From positions 76,830,079 to 76,894,078 of the forward strand of contig NC_057718.1 in assembly GCF_004010195.1 (NCBI RefSeq): a DNA stretch of 64,000 bases. The letters run 5' to 3'. Source of the stretch: Chiloscyllium plagiosum. Its lineage: Eukaryota. This document shows positions 25,315 to 37,090 of this stretch, one piece after another. Every line of letters starts with the position of its first letter. The first letter of the stretch is position 1. Both the position numbers and the translations under genes were made by a program. The notes under the pieces are model-generated. The model worked only from the letters and a program-made list of their open reading frames with translations, had not been told where the DNA came from and searched no databases.

Positions 25315-26415
25315 AACTATTGAAGATTACGGTGCATGGGATCCACGGTGACTTGGCCATGTGGATTCAGAATTGGCTTGCCCATAGAAGACAGAGGGTA
25401 GTGATGGAAGGATGTTTTTTAGGCTGGAAGTCTGTAACTAGTAGTGTTCCGCAGGGATCAGTACAGGGACCTTGCTCTTTGTGATATAAATGACTTGAAT
25501 GAAAATGTAGGTGGGTGGGTTAGTAAATTTGCAGACGATACAAAGATAGGTGGAGTTTAGAAAGTGTAGAAGGTTGTCGAAGATACAGTGGTATATAGAT
25601 CGGTTGCAAATATGGGCAGAGAAATGGCCGATGGAGTTTAATCTGGATACGTGTGAAGTATTGCTTTTGGAAGATTAAACGTTAAGGAAAAGTATACAGT
25701 TAATGGCAGGACCCTCAACAGTTTTGATGTACAGATGGATATTGGGGTTCAAGCCCATAGCACCCTGAATGTGGCCATGCAAGTAAATAGAGTGGTATGG
25801 TATACTTGCCTTTATTGGTTGTGGAATTGAGTACAATGTTAGAATGTCATTTTGCAGCTTTATAAGACTTTGGTTAGGCTCCACTAAGAGTATTATTTTC
25901 AATTCTGGTCGTCACATTATAGGAAGGATTATGGAAGCTTTGGTGAGGGTACAGAAGAGGTTTATCAGGATGCTGCCTGGAACATTGGGTATGAGCTATA
26001 AGGAGAGTTTAGAAAGACTCAGGTTGTTTTCTGTTGAGTGGCAGAGGCTGAGGGGAGAAGATAGAATTCTATAAAATTGAGATGCGTAGATAGGTTGATG
26101 GTCAGAATCCTTTTGCTCGAGTTGAAATGTCTAATACTAGGGGGTGTGCATTTAAGGTGAGAAGGGGAAAGTTCAAAGGAGACCTGAGGGGCAAATTGTT
26201 TTTACACAGACAGTGGTCGGAGTCTGGAATGCAGTGCCAGGGGTGGTGGTCGAGGTAGATACGACAATGGCATTTAAGGTACTTTTAGATAAGCACAAGG
26301 AATGGAGAGATAGGAACCAACGGCAGGCAGAGGGATTAGTTTCAATTGGCATCATGTTAGGCACAACATTTGTGGGCTGAAGGACCCGTTCCTATGCTAT
26401 ACTGTTCTATGTTCT
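25315..26415 (+). mobile_element. CR1 LINE 3' fragment (RT to 3' end)
   Basis: WIQNWLAHRRQRVV...VTSSVPQGSV, KFADDTK, 3' end ctgttctatgttcta. Confidence 0.87.
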
Positions 26416-27210
26416 ACTAAACATCAAGACACTGATTCTAGGACCATCACAGACCTCATCTGCTCTGGAGGTTTGAGCTCCACAGCTTTCCCCAACATTC
26501 CACAACCTGCTTCTACCTTCTTCCCAAAATCTACATACAGGACAGCCCTACTAGATCTATTGTTTCTTCTTGTTCCTGTCCAACTAAGCTTATTTCATTT
26601 TATCTGCACGCTTTGTAATCAGCAAATTCAGCCATCATATCTTTTGTCCCTTGATCTAGGTCATTTATAAGTTGTAAGCAGGTGAGGTCCCAGCACTGAT
26701 TCCTGTGGTACACCACTCATTGCAACTTGCCAACCTGAAAAAGACCCATTTATACCTATTCTCTATTTTCTCTTAGCTGGCTAATCTTCTGTCCATGCCA
26801 AGATGCTGCCCACTACATCATGAGGTTTTATTTTCAAGTGCCTTTGATGTTGCACTTAATCAAATGCCTTCTGAGTACAGTACTATTTCCTTCATCCACA
26901 GCATGTGTTACCTCTTCAAAATGTTAGAAATTTCTTGTCACTAGCTAAGAAAGGATGGCTTTTTAGCTAATGTACTAATCAATGATATCATTCATTCAAC
27001 ATCTTTAATAGACAAATCTGATTTGGATGAAAATGACTTGTTCCAATTATGATAATATTGTGAATTATAATCTTTTTTTAAATTAAATTCTGCCAAATTC
27101 TAAAATTGCGATCAGTATTGTGCATCATCTGCTTGGCTTGTAACCTTATTATTTGTATCAGTATGTTGACTGCCCTACAGAACCTTCAAACTGGCTTTCA
27201 ACATGAACTA

Positions 27211-29838
27211 CATGGAACAATACAGCACAGAAGTGACCCTTCGGCCCACGATGTTGTGCCGAACATTTGTCCTAGCTTAAGCACCTATCCATGTACCTAT
27301 CCAATTGCCGCTTAAAGGTCACCAATGATTCTGACTCTGCCACTCCCACAGGCAGTGCATTCCATTCCCCCGCCACTCTCTGGGTAAAGAACCTACCCCT
27401 GACATCCCCCCTATACCTTCCACCCTTCACCGTAAATTTATGTCCCTTTTTAACACTCTGTTGTACCCGGGGGAAAAGTCTCTGACTGTCTACGCTATCT
27501 ATTCCCCTGATCATCTTATAAACCTCTATCAAGTCACCCCTCATCCTTCACCGTTCCAATGAGAAAAGGCCGAGCACTCTCAACCTAGCCTCGTACGACC
27601 TATTCTCCATTCCAGGCAACATCCTGGTAAATCTCCTCTGCACCCTCTCCAAAGCTTCCACATCTTTCCTAAAGTGAGGCGACCAGAACTGCACACAGTT
27701 CTGTGTGGCCTTACCAAGGTCCTGTACAGCAGCAACATCACCTCACAACTCTTGAATTCAATCCCTCTGCTAATGAACGCTAATACACCTGAGTGGCAAC
27801 TTTCAAAGAGCTATGAACATAGACCCAAGATTCCTCTGCTCCTCCACCTTACTAAGAACCCTACCGTTAACCCTGTATTCCGCATTCTTATTTGTCCTTC
27901 CAAAATGGCAGGGTTGAACTCCATCTGCCACTCCTCAGCCCAGCTCTACATCATATCTAAGTCCCTTTGCAGCCGACAACAGCCCTCCTCACTATCCACA
28001 ACTCCACCAATCTTGGTATCGTCTGCAAATTTACTGACCACCCTTCGACTCCCTCTTCCAAGTCATTAATAAAAATTACAAACAGCAGAGGACCCAGAAC
28101 TGATCCCTGCGGAACTCCACTTGTAACTGGGCCCCAGGCTGAATATTTACCTACTTGCGGAGCGATTCAGAGAGCACCTCTGGGCCACCCGGACGAACCA
28201 ACCCAACCAACCTGTGGCACAGCATTCCAACTCCCCCTCCCACTCCACCGAGGATATGCAGGTCATTGGACTCATCCACCGCCAAACCACAACAACCCGA
28301 CGGACGGAGGAGGAGCGTCTTATCCTCCGACTGGGAACCCTCCAACCACAGGGGATGAACTGGGACTTCACCAGTTTCTTCATCCCCCCATCCCCCCAAC
28401 TTGTCTCAGCCGAATCCCTCCAGCCCGGCACCGCCGTCCTGACCTGCAGTCTTCTTCTTGACCTCTCCGCCTCCACCCTACTCCGACCTATCACCCTCAC
28501 CTTGACCTCTTTCCACCTATCACATTTCCAACGCCCCTCCTCCAACTCCCTCCTCCCTACCTTTTATCTTCTCCTGCTGAACACTCTCTGCTCATTCCTG
28601 AAGAAGGGCCTGTGCCCGAAACGTCGAATCTCCTGTTCCCTGGATGCTGCCTGACCTGCTGTGCTGTTCCAGCAATATATCCCTCAGACCCTTTCCATTA
28701 CTTTACCTACCACCGAAGTAAGACTAACTGGCCTGTAATTCCCGGGGTTATCCATATTCCCTTTTTTTTTGAAAGGGCACAACATTCGCCACTCTCCAGT
28801 CCCCTGGTACACCCCCGCTGACAGTGAAGACTCTCCAGTCCCCTGGTACACCCCCGCTGACAGTGAAGACGAAAAGATCATTGCCAATGGCTCTGCAATT
28901 TCCTCTCTTGCTTCCCACATAACCCAAGGATATATCCCGTCAGGCCCGGGGGACTTGTCTATCCTCAAGTTGTTCAAAATGTCCAACACATCTTCCTTCC
29001 TAACAGGTATCTCTTCTAGCTTACCAGTCCATTTCACACTCTCCTCTTCTACAATACGGTCCCTCTCGTTCGTAAATACTGAAGAGAAGTACTTGTTCAA
29101 GACCTCTCCTATCTCTTCCGACTCAATACACAGTCTCCCACTACTGTCCTTGATCGGACCTGCCCTCCTTCTCGTCATTCTCATGTTTCTCACATACGCG
29201 TAAAAGGCCTTGGGGTTATCCTTGATCCTACCTGGCAAAGATTTTTCATGCCCTCTCTTAGCTCTCCTAATCCCTTTCTTCAGCTCCCTCCTGGCTATCC
29301 TGTATCCCTCCAACGTTCTGTCTGAACCTTGTTTCCTCAACCTTATGTAAGCCTCCTTCTTCCTCCTTACAAGACATTCAACCTCCCTCATCAACCAAGG
29401 TTCCCTCACACGACCATCTCTTTTCTGCCTGACTGGTACATACATATCAAGGACACGCCGTATCTGTTCCTTGAAAAAGTTCCACATTTCAACAACATCC
29501 TTCCCTGACAGTCTATGCTCTCAACTTATGCTCTTCAGATCCTGTCTTGCAGCATCGTACTTACCCTTCCCCCAATTGTAAAACCTACCCTGTTGCATGC
29601 ACCTATCTCTCTCCATAACCAAGGTGAAAGTCACAGAATTGTGGTCACCATTACCGAAATGCTCACCCACTAACAAGCCCATCACTTGTCCCGGTTTGTT
29701 ACCAAGTACCAAATCCAATATGGCCTCCCCTCTGGTCGGACAATCTACATACTGAGTTAGAAAAGCTTCCTGGACACACTGCACAAACACCGCCCGTCCA
29801 AGCTATTTGATCTAAAGAGCTTCCAATCAATATTTGGC
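27211..29838 (-). mobile_element. Young CR1 LINE, 5'-truncated, with a nested PLE
   Basis: ORFs 27272..27544, 28684..29487, 29521..29790 (IDKSPGPDGIYP, PGNYRPVSLTSVVGK). Confidence 0.9.
28148..28677 (+). mobile_element. PLE family A 3' fragment with intact HHR motif (28594-28629)
   Basis: EEERLILRLGTLQPQGMN C-terminus; attcctgaagaagggcctgtgcccgaaacgtcgaat. Confidence 0.87.
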
Positions 29839-30541
29839 TAAAGCCTCACACTCCAGCATTATTTTAGGCCAAGTAAAGCACAGCTCTGACTGGAAGTGGG
29901 AATACTAATCAGAACTGCTGTCTTTATTTTCTCCTTGTCTTTCTCTTCCCTCCTCTCTCTCTCCTTCCTTCCTTTGTACAGCCTGTCTTTTTAAATTAAT
30001 TAATGGAATGTGATTCTTGCTAGCTGGACCAGCATTTATTGCTTGTTCTTAGTTGCCCTTGAGAGATTAGTGAGCTGTCTTCATAAACCACTGCAATCCA
30101 TTTGTTACAGGTACACTCAATGCCATTTGGTGTGAAAATACTGATGTACTGGTGATATTTCCAAGTCAAGATGTTGGGTGGAGGGGAACTTGCAGGTGAT
30201 GGTGTTCCCATATATTTGCCATCCTTGTCCTTCTAAATGGTAGTCGTAATGGGTTTGGAAGGTGCTGTCTAAGGTGCCTTGGTGAATTTCTGCTTTGCCT
30301 CTTATGTACATAATCTGAGCATTGGTGGTGGAGAGAATGAACATTTGTGTTAAGTTTGAAGATGGACCAGGAGGCCAAAGTGTTAAAATAGCAGGAACTT
30401 TATTATGGAGATGTTTACAGGAAGCAAGGTTAAATGAAGATGTTTCTGACCCAAAATTGGAGCGTAGGAGGTTGAGAGGTGACCTGATAGAAGTTTATAA
30501 AATAATGAGAGGTTTAGATAGAATTGATAGTAGTTTTCTTT

Positions 30542-31455
30542 GGACTGAGACAAGGTGGGGGGAGGGGAAATGAGGAAACTGGTGAAATCCGAGTTCATCC
30601 CTTGTGGTTGGAGGGTTCCTAGGAGGAAGATGAGGCGCTCTTCCTCCAACCGTCGTTTTGTTGTGGTCTGGCGATGGAGGAGCTTGTTAGTGGGTGAGCA
30701 TTTCGGTGATGGTGACCACAATTCTGTGACTTTCACCTTGGTTATGGAGAGAGATAGGTGCATGCAACAGGGTAGGTTTTACAATTGGGGGAAGGGTGAG
30801 TACGATGCTGTAAGACAGGATCTGAAGAGCATAAGATGGGCTTGTTACATCATCTATTGCATCCTCTGCACCCGATGTGGCCTCCTCTATATTGGGGAGA
30901 CAGGCAGGCTACTTGCGGAGCGTTTCAGAGAACACCTGTGGGACACCCGGACCAACCAACCCAACCACCCTGTGGCTCAACATTTCAATTCCCCCTCCCA
31001 CTCCACCAAGGATATGCATGTCTTTGGACTCCTCCATCGCCAGACCACAACAAAACGACGGTTGGAGGAAGAGCGCCTAGGAACCCTCCAACCACAAGGG
31101 ATGAACTCGGATTTCACCAGTTTCCTCATTTCCCCTCCCCCCACCTTGTCTCAGTCTAATCCATCGAATTCAGCACCGCCTTCCTAACCTGCAATCTTCT
31201 TCCCGACCTCTCTGCCCCCACCCCAGTCTGACCTATCACCCTCACCTTGACCTCTTTCCACCTATCACATTTCCGACGCCCCTCCCCCAAGTCCCTCCTC
31301 CCTACCTTTTATCTTAGCCTGCTGGACAAACTTTCCTCATTCCTGAAGAAGGGCTTATGCCCGAAACATCGATTCTCCTGTTCCTTGAATGCTGCCTGAC
31401 CTGCTGCGCTTTTCCAGCTCTGATCTCCAGCATCTGCAGACCTCACTTTCTCCTC
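30542..31455. mobile_element. Chimeric PLE family A insert (inverted arm + CR1 segment + GIY-YIG 3' end) inside a CR1 3' fragment
   Basis: TSD agtagttttcttt at 30529-30541 and 31456-31468; IIYCILCTRCGLLYIGETGR. Confidence 0.85.
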
Positions 31456-32440
31456 AGTAGTTTTCTTTTCCCTAAGACAGTGAATTTCAAGATTAGGGTC
31501 ACGTTTTTAAGGTGAGAAGAGAAAGATTTAAAAAAGACATGAGAGGCAAGTTTTTTTATACAGGGTGGTTCGCATGTGGAATGAACTTCCTGAGGAAGTG
31601 GTGGATGCGGGTACAATTACAAGGTTTAAAAGATGATTTTATGGATACATGAATAGGAAAGGTTTGGAGAGATATAGGCCTGGAGTAGGCAGGTGGGACT
31701 AGTTTAGTTTGGGATTATGTTAGACATGGACTGAAAGGTCTGTTTCTATGCTGTATGACTCTGTGATTGGACTCTTGGTGACAGTCCAGCATACGTATAC
31801 AAAGAAAATATCCTTTCCTCAAATGAAAACATGTGGAGTATTTACAATCAAAAATACTGTAATCAGTAGGTAAGTCATTCCGGAGGACATTGTTTCTGTG
31901 TGGCTGTCGGCACACCTCAAGCATCTGTTTATTTTTCTCGCTGGATTTAACCTCTGGTGTTTTAGGTGTACTAGGAACCTCTTCTGACACCCTTTCTTGA
32001 GACAGCTGAATGCTTTGGAGGTTCACATAATGTCATAGCATTCTCCTCGGACATATCCAGGTCTCTATTCGGCAGTTATTTTTGATCTTCAATTAATGTC
32101 TCATGTACATTCATTCTGGTTGCCAGAAGTTGATCTGCATGTCTTCTCCATATGATGTCATATTGTGTCTTGTGTAGTTTAGTAGTCCTGTCCAGTCTTC
32201 AGTATTTAATCTCACCAGTTGTGTAATTTCTCACCAAAATTATTGATCTTTTTGGAAAGTGTGGCATTTTGCCGTGTTCTCCTTTTGAAAATCCCGTTTG
32301 CTGTCAGCAGTGTCTTTTGTCATGGGTGGTTTCAGCAAATCAAAAGCTGTGCACAGCTGGTACTTTTTACCCTGCAATGCTGGAGAATTTAGAGTCATCA
32401 AATGATCTCTGTTCTAGAGTAAGCTTTTAAGGAATGCTTT

Positions 32441-32900
32441 GTTGTTGTGGTTCTGTTCGCCGAGCTGGAAGTTTTTGTTGCAAACGTTTCGTCCCCTGGC
32501 TAGGCGACATCATCAGTGCTTGGGAGCCTCCTGCGAAGCGCTTCTTTGATGTTTCCTCCGGTGTTTATAGTGGTCTGTCCCTGCCGCTTCCGGTTGTCAG
32601 TTTCAGCTGTCCGCTGTAGTGGTTGGTATATTGGGTCCAGGTCGATGTGTTTGTTGATGGAGTTTGTGGATGAATGCCATGCCTCTAGGAATTCCCTGGC
32701 TGTTCTCTGTCTGGCTTGCCCTATGATAGTAGTGTTGTCCCAGTCAAATTCACACACACGCAGACAACAAGCAACATGAACTCGACTGGGACAACACTAC
32801 TATCATAGGGCAAGCCAGACAGAGAACAGCCAGGGAATTCCTAGAGGACAGAACCACAACAACGAGCACCCGAGCTACAAATCTTCGCACAAACTTTGAA
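32441..32900. mobile_element. PLE family B multi-segment inverted insert with HHR on minus
   Basis: TSD gaatgctttgtt at 32432-32443 and 32898-32909; internal fold-back about 32682-32846. Confidence 0.85.
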
Positions 32901-33969
32901 TGCTTTGTTTTCTGAACAAATCTTTCTGTCAAATTTGTGGCTAGGTGGTAAAGAGCTGATTGGATATGTTGAATTCCACTCTGCTTTACATAGTCTGTAA
33001 ACCCGTGTGATATAAACTATGGGCCATTATCACAAACAATTGATCCAGATAACCAAATCTTGCAAGATCTGCGTCAGTCATTTCAGTGGTTTTCTTTGAA
33101 GTTGCCATCAGGAAGCTGACAATATCAGGCCAATTAGTCTGCAGCTCAACCACTGAAAAACATTCACCATTCAAAAGATCCAGATATTGGCTTTTCATCA
33201 CCGTTGGGTAATATGAGACATAAATGCTCCAGCTCCATATGTTGAGAGCAGTTTCAACAGTAACTTTGGGTCAGGGCTTCTGACTTTAATAAAATCTGTT
33301 TGGCTTAGACTCCTTTTTCGACTCCTTCACGTTGATCTTGCTATTTTCAAATTTTTTTTGGCACAATAATTTGTGTATTGGTTTGAGAATGGTTGCAAGG
33401 TTTGGGACAAACTGCTCTAGTAAGTTAGCAAACCCATGATAATCGATAATCAAGTAAAAAACGTAACTAAAGGTACGGGATACGGACTATGTGCAGGCAT
33501 GGGATTTGTTTAGAATGGCATCATGGTCAGTGCAGAAATGGTGGGCTAAAGGGCCTGTTCAAGTGTTACACTGTTCTATCCTCTATAGATTAATCAAATT
33601 TAATAATTTTAGGTGCTGGTGCTTCAGTTATGGCTTTCACTTTTTTGTAAGTGACTTGTATAGCACCTTGGCATTGATGACATGACCTAAGTAACTTGAT
33701 GGATGATTTAAAAATTCATATTTGTCTTTCCTGACTTTGAGCCCATAATCTTCACGTCTCAGCAAAGTAGCATCTAAATTGTCAAGGTGCTGCTTTTCAT
33801 TTATTCCCGTGATTGAAATATTGTCCAGATGACGCGGCTGCACTCAAAATCTAATTCATAGCATGTTGGAAGAACATAGGGGTAGATGTTATTCCAAATG
33901 GAAGTCTCTTGTATTTGTCTTTTTAATGTCCAGTATTTCTGTGATTTAGGATCTGCATTCATCTGTATT

Positions 33970-34197
33970 ACAAGGTATAGGACAGATGTTAGGGGTAGGT
34001 TCCTTACTCAGCGAGCCGTGAGTTCATGGAATGCCCTGCCAGTAGCAGTGGTGGACTCTCCCTCTTTATGGGCATTTAAACGGGCATTGGATAGGCATAT
34101 GGAGGATAGTGGGCTAGTGTAGGTTAGGTGGGCTTGGATCGGCGCAACATCGAGGGCCGAAGGGCCTGTACTGCGCTGTATTCTTCTATGTTCTATG
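33970..34197 (+). mobile_element. Short CR1 3' end inserted in Gypsy RT
   Basis: YRTDVRGRFLTQRAVSSWNALP; ends gggccgaagggcctgtactgcgctgtattcttctatgttctatg. Confidence 0.82.
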
Positions 34198-34709
34198 TAT
34201 GTTTGTCTATGGTCAATTTTACTGAAAAACTGGCCACCAGCTAGTTCAGCATAAATAGGTCATCAATCAAAGGCAACAGATGCTGCTCAGCACACAGAAT
34301 CAGATTAATAGTGACCTTAAACTCAACACAAACGTGTACCAATCCAACATCTTCACTGGTATACTAGGCGTGGCCCAACATTCTCATTTGTGGGTTCGAG
34401 GATTCTTGCCTTGACCAGCCTCTCTAGTTCTGCCTTGACCTTTGGCCTAATTTTATAGCACACTGATCTAGCCTTGCAGCATTGGCTTCATTCTCATTCT
34501 TGATTTTCAATTTAAGAGATCTTTTCCATGCTTCTCAGATCTCCGTTGAAAACAATTGCAAGTTTTTTTTAGAAATTATGGTAGCTCAGCTCAGTTCCAG
34601 AATCTGACAAGCAATTTACTTCAGTCCAGTTAAGTTTGATTTTCTTCAACCACATTCTTCCTAATAAAGCTGTAAAATTTCCTTTTGGAAACATGCAAGG
34701 GCAAGTGTT

Positions 34710-34736
34710 CTGACTGACTGACTGACTGACTGACTG
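34710..34736. repeat. (CTGA)n microsatellite
   Basis: More than six perfect units. Confidence 0.9.
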
Positions 34737-35022
34737 TACAACTGAACATTCACAGTCATTGAAACAACCCCTCAAAGGTACCACTTTGCCTGTGTGCATT
34801 CTTAGTGCAATATTTGAGGTATGTAGCACAATGTGACTCTGCTGCACACTTTCAGGTATCAATGAAACTGTCATTCTGGGTATATGTTTCCATTCTTATC
34901 ATTCGGAAAGGGAATGACCCGATATCCGTTGGTGTCACCAGCAATGGCCAGTATCATTAATAATTACTCTTCTTTGGACTGAGGGTATGGGGTTTTCTCA
35001 TGCTCTTTTTTTTGTACATTAT

Positions 35023-35793
35023 AGAAGGGCCACAACACACAGCAGTACACCAGAACTGCAAAAAGAAGAAGAGGAACACCTATACAAGGTATTCGCCAAA
35101 AACGGATACCCGCCCAACTTCATCAACAGATGCCTAAGAGAAAGACCACGGAACGAGGACATACCACAACCAAAAGGACTAGCCACACTACCATACATCA
35201 GGAGCATCTCAGAACTGACAGCCAGACTACTGCGACCCCTAGGACTCATAACGGCACACAAACCAACAGCCACGCTCAGACAACAACTCACCAGAACGAA
35301 GGACCCGATACCCAACATGAGCAAAACTAATGTAGAGTACAAAATACCATGCAAGGACTGCACAAAACACTATATAGGACAAACAGGAAGACCGCTAACA
35401 ATCCGCATACATGAACATCAACTAGCCACGAAACGACACGACCAGCTATCCTTAGTAGCCACACACACCGACAACAATCAATATGAATTTGACTGGGACA
35501 ACAATACTATCATAGGGCAACCCAGACAGAGAACAGCCAGGGAATTCCTAGAGGCATGGCATTCATCCACAAACTCCATCAACAAACACATCGACCTGGA
35601 CCCAATATACCAACCACTACAGCGGACAGCTGAAACTGACAACCGGAAGCGGCAGGGACAGACCACTATAAACACCGGAGGAAACATCAAAGAAGCGCTT
35701 CGCAGGAGGCTCCCAAGCACTGATGATGTCGCCTAACCAAGGGACGAAACGTTTGCAACAAAAACTTCCAGCTCGGCGAACAGAACCACAACA
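35023..35793 (+). mobile_element. Young PLE family B 3' part: open GIY-YIG frame plus HHR (35717-35756)
   Basis: ORF 34987..35736 TLPYIRSISE...NVEYKIPCKDCTKHYIGQTGR...REFLEAWH; gca-ctgatga-t-GTC...GAC-gaaacgtt-tgc. Confidence 0.9.
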
Positions 35794-36989
35794 TAGATTT
35801 TCTTCCTAATCTTTGGTTTGTGTACTTTTACTGTATGTTTGTTTCCTCCTCAAACATGCCTGTGCATTGTTTCCTTTTTTTTCTCGCTGCAATTTCCACA
35901 TACAACTTCTTTCATACCAGAAATTGGCAGCTGTTTGATCTGTTTATCCACATTGAGTCTGCACTGTGCTTGTCTCTCAGCTGCCATTTTGTGAACTGTC
36001 AGGTTCCAGCTTGGCTGCTGAACTTCCTTGGCTGCTAGTTACGTTGCGACTGTTATTTCCAGTTCTTTCTTTAAGTCTAGACTTCTTTCTGTCAGTTATC
36101 TCTTGTGGATTGCTTCTCTTAAACCATGCAGTAGAATGTTTCTGATAGCAACATTCATGTTATCTCCAAATACCCAAAAGCTCTACTGATTCTTTTTTTT
36201 TAAATTGCTGTGAGCTTGAAGATCGATTCACCATATGCTGGTTACGTTTGTAGAATCTGAACCTTTCAGCAATCACCAATGGTTTTGGTGAAAAATGGTT
36301 CTGTCAGATTCCTTGTATTCCGTCTTAAGTTTTGGAGCCCAGCTTCTGTACCTCAGGAGGTTAAAGTGTTTCTAACCATAATATTCAGGAATGCAGGGAC
36401 ATCTATATATGCTTCAATATTTAGTTTGAATATAATAATGGAATCTCTCTGTACATGAGTTGAAGCTGTTAGTATTTTTATCATACTGTCCTATGAACCA
36501 AAATTTCCTGTAATTTTATTTATTTATTTTTAAATGGGAAGGGGCTGCAGAGCATGTTTTAGCACTACCTTTTTTCTTTCCATTTAAAACAAAGGTTCTG
36601 AGGCTGTCAGTTCCTTGCTGAATCTTCACCCCTAGTTCAAAACATTTCTCTGTGTGTAAGGCACTTGTTACTCATTGTTCCTTCAGCATGGAGTATGTGG
36701 CTAGCTTCTTCTACACCGTTCAACTCTTCATTGGTGTGAATTTTTTTTCACTGACTGTCAAAGTAGCTTTTATCTTCATTGTCAGGTGTACTCTTGTGCT
36801 AAGGAGACTCAAACTTTCCCTCATGACCACAAGAATGCAAGCCTCCAAGAAAAAGTCCAAAAAATGCATAGTTTCTGTACTGTATATTCTACTTAAAAAA
36901 AGAAAGACACCTAAATACACGACTTGGTGTATCACTAAGCTATGTAGACTAGATTTGATTGCTGAGCTACATTGAATGAGTTGTGCATA

Positions 36990-37090
36990 ACCATCTGATG
37001 AAGGAGCGGTGCGCCGAAAGCTAGTGCTTCCAGTTAAACCTGTTGGACTATAACCAGGTGTTGTGTGATTTTAAATATTTTGTCCATCAG
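36990..37090 (+). mobile_element. Family C HHR element
   Basis: ctgatgaaggagcggtgcgccgaaagctagtg followed by aaacctgttggactataacc. Confidence 0.7.

Larger units (their letters stand above)
31850..36360 (-). mobile_element. Decayed Ty3/Gypsy internal region (gag, protease, RT, integrase remnants)
   Basis: gag HFSPKPLVIAERFRFYKRNQ (about 36240-36298); protease ALLGRMWLKKIKLNW; RT HLDNISITG...SYLGHVINA. Confidence 0.78.

Noticed and set aside
34987..35736. 249-aa ORF as a host or domesticated gene
   Set aside because: 5'-truncated PLE with no RT core; the Met comes from flanking Gypsy sequence
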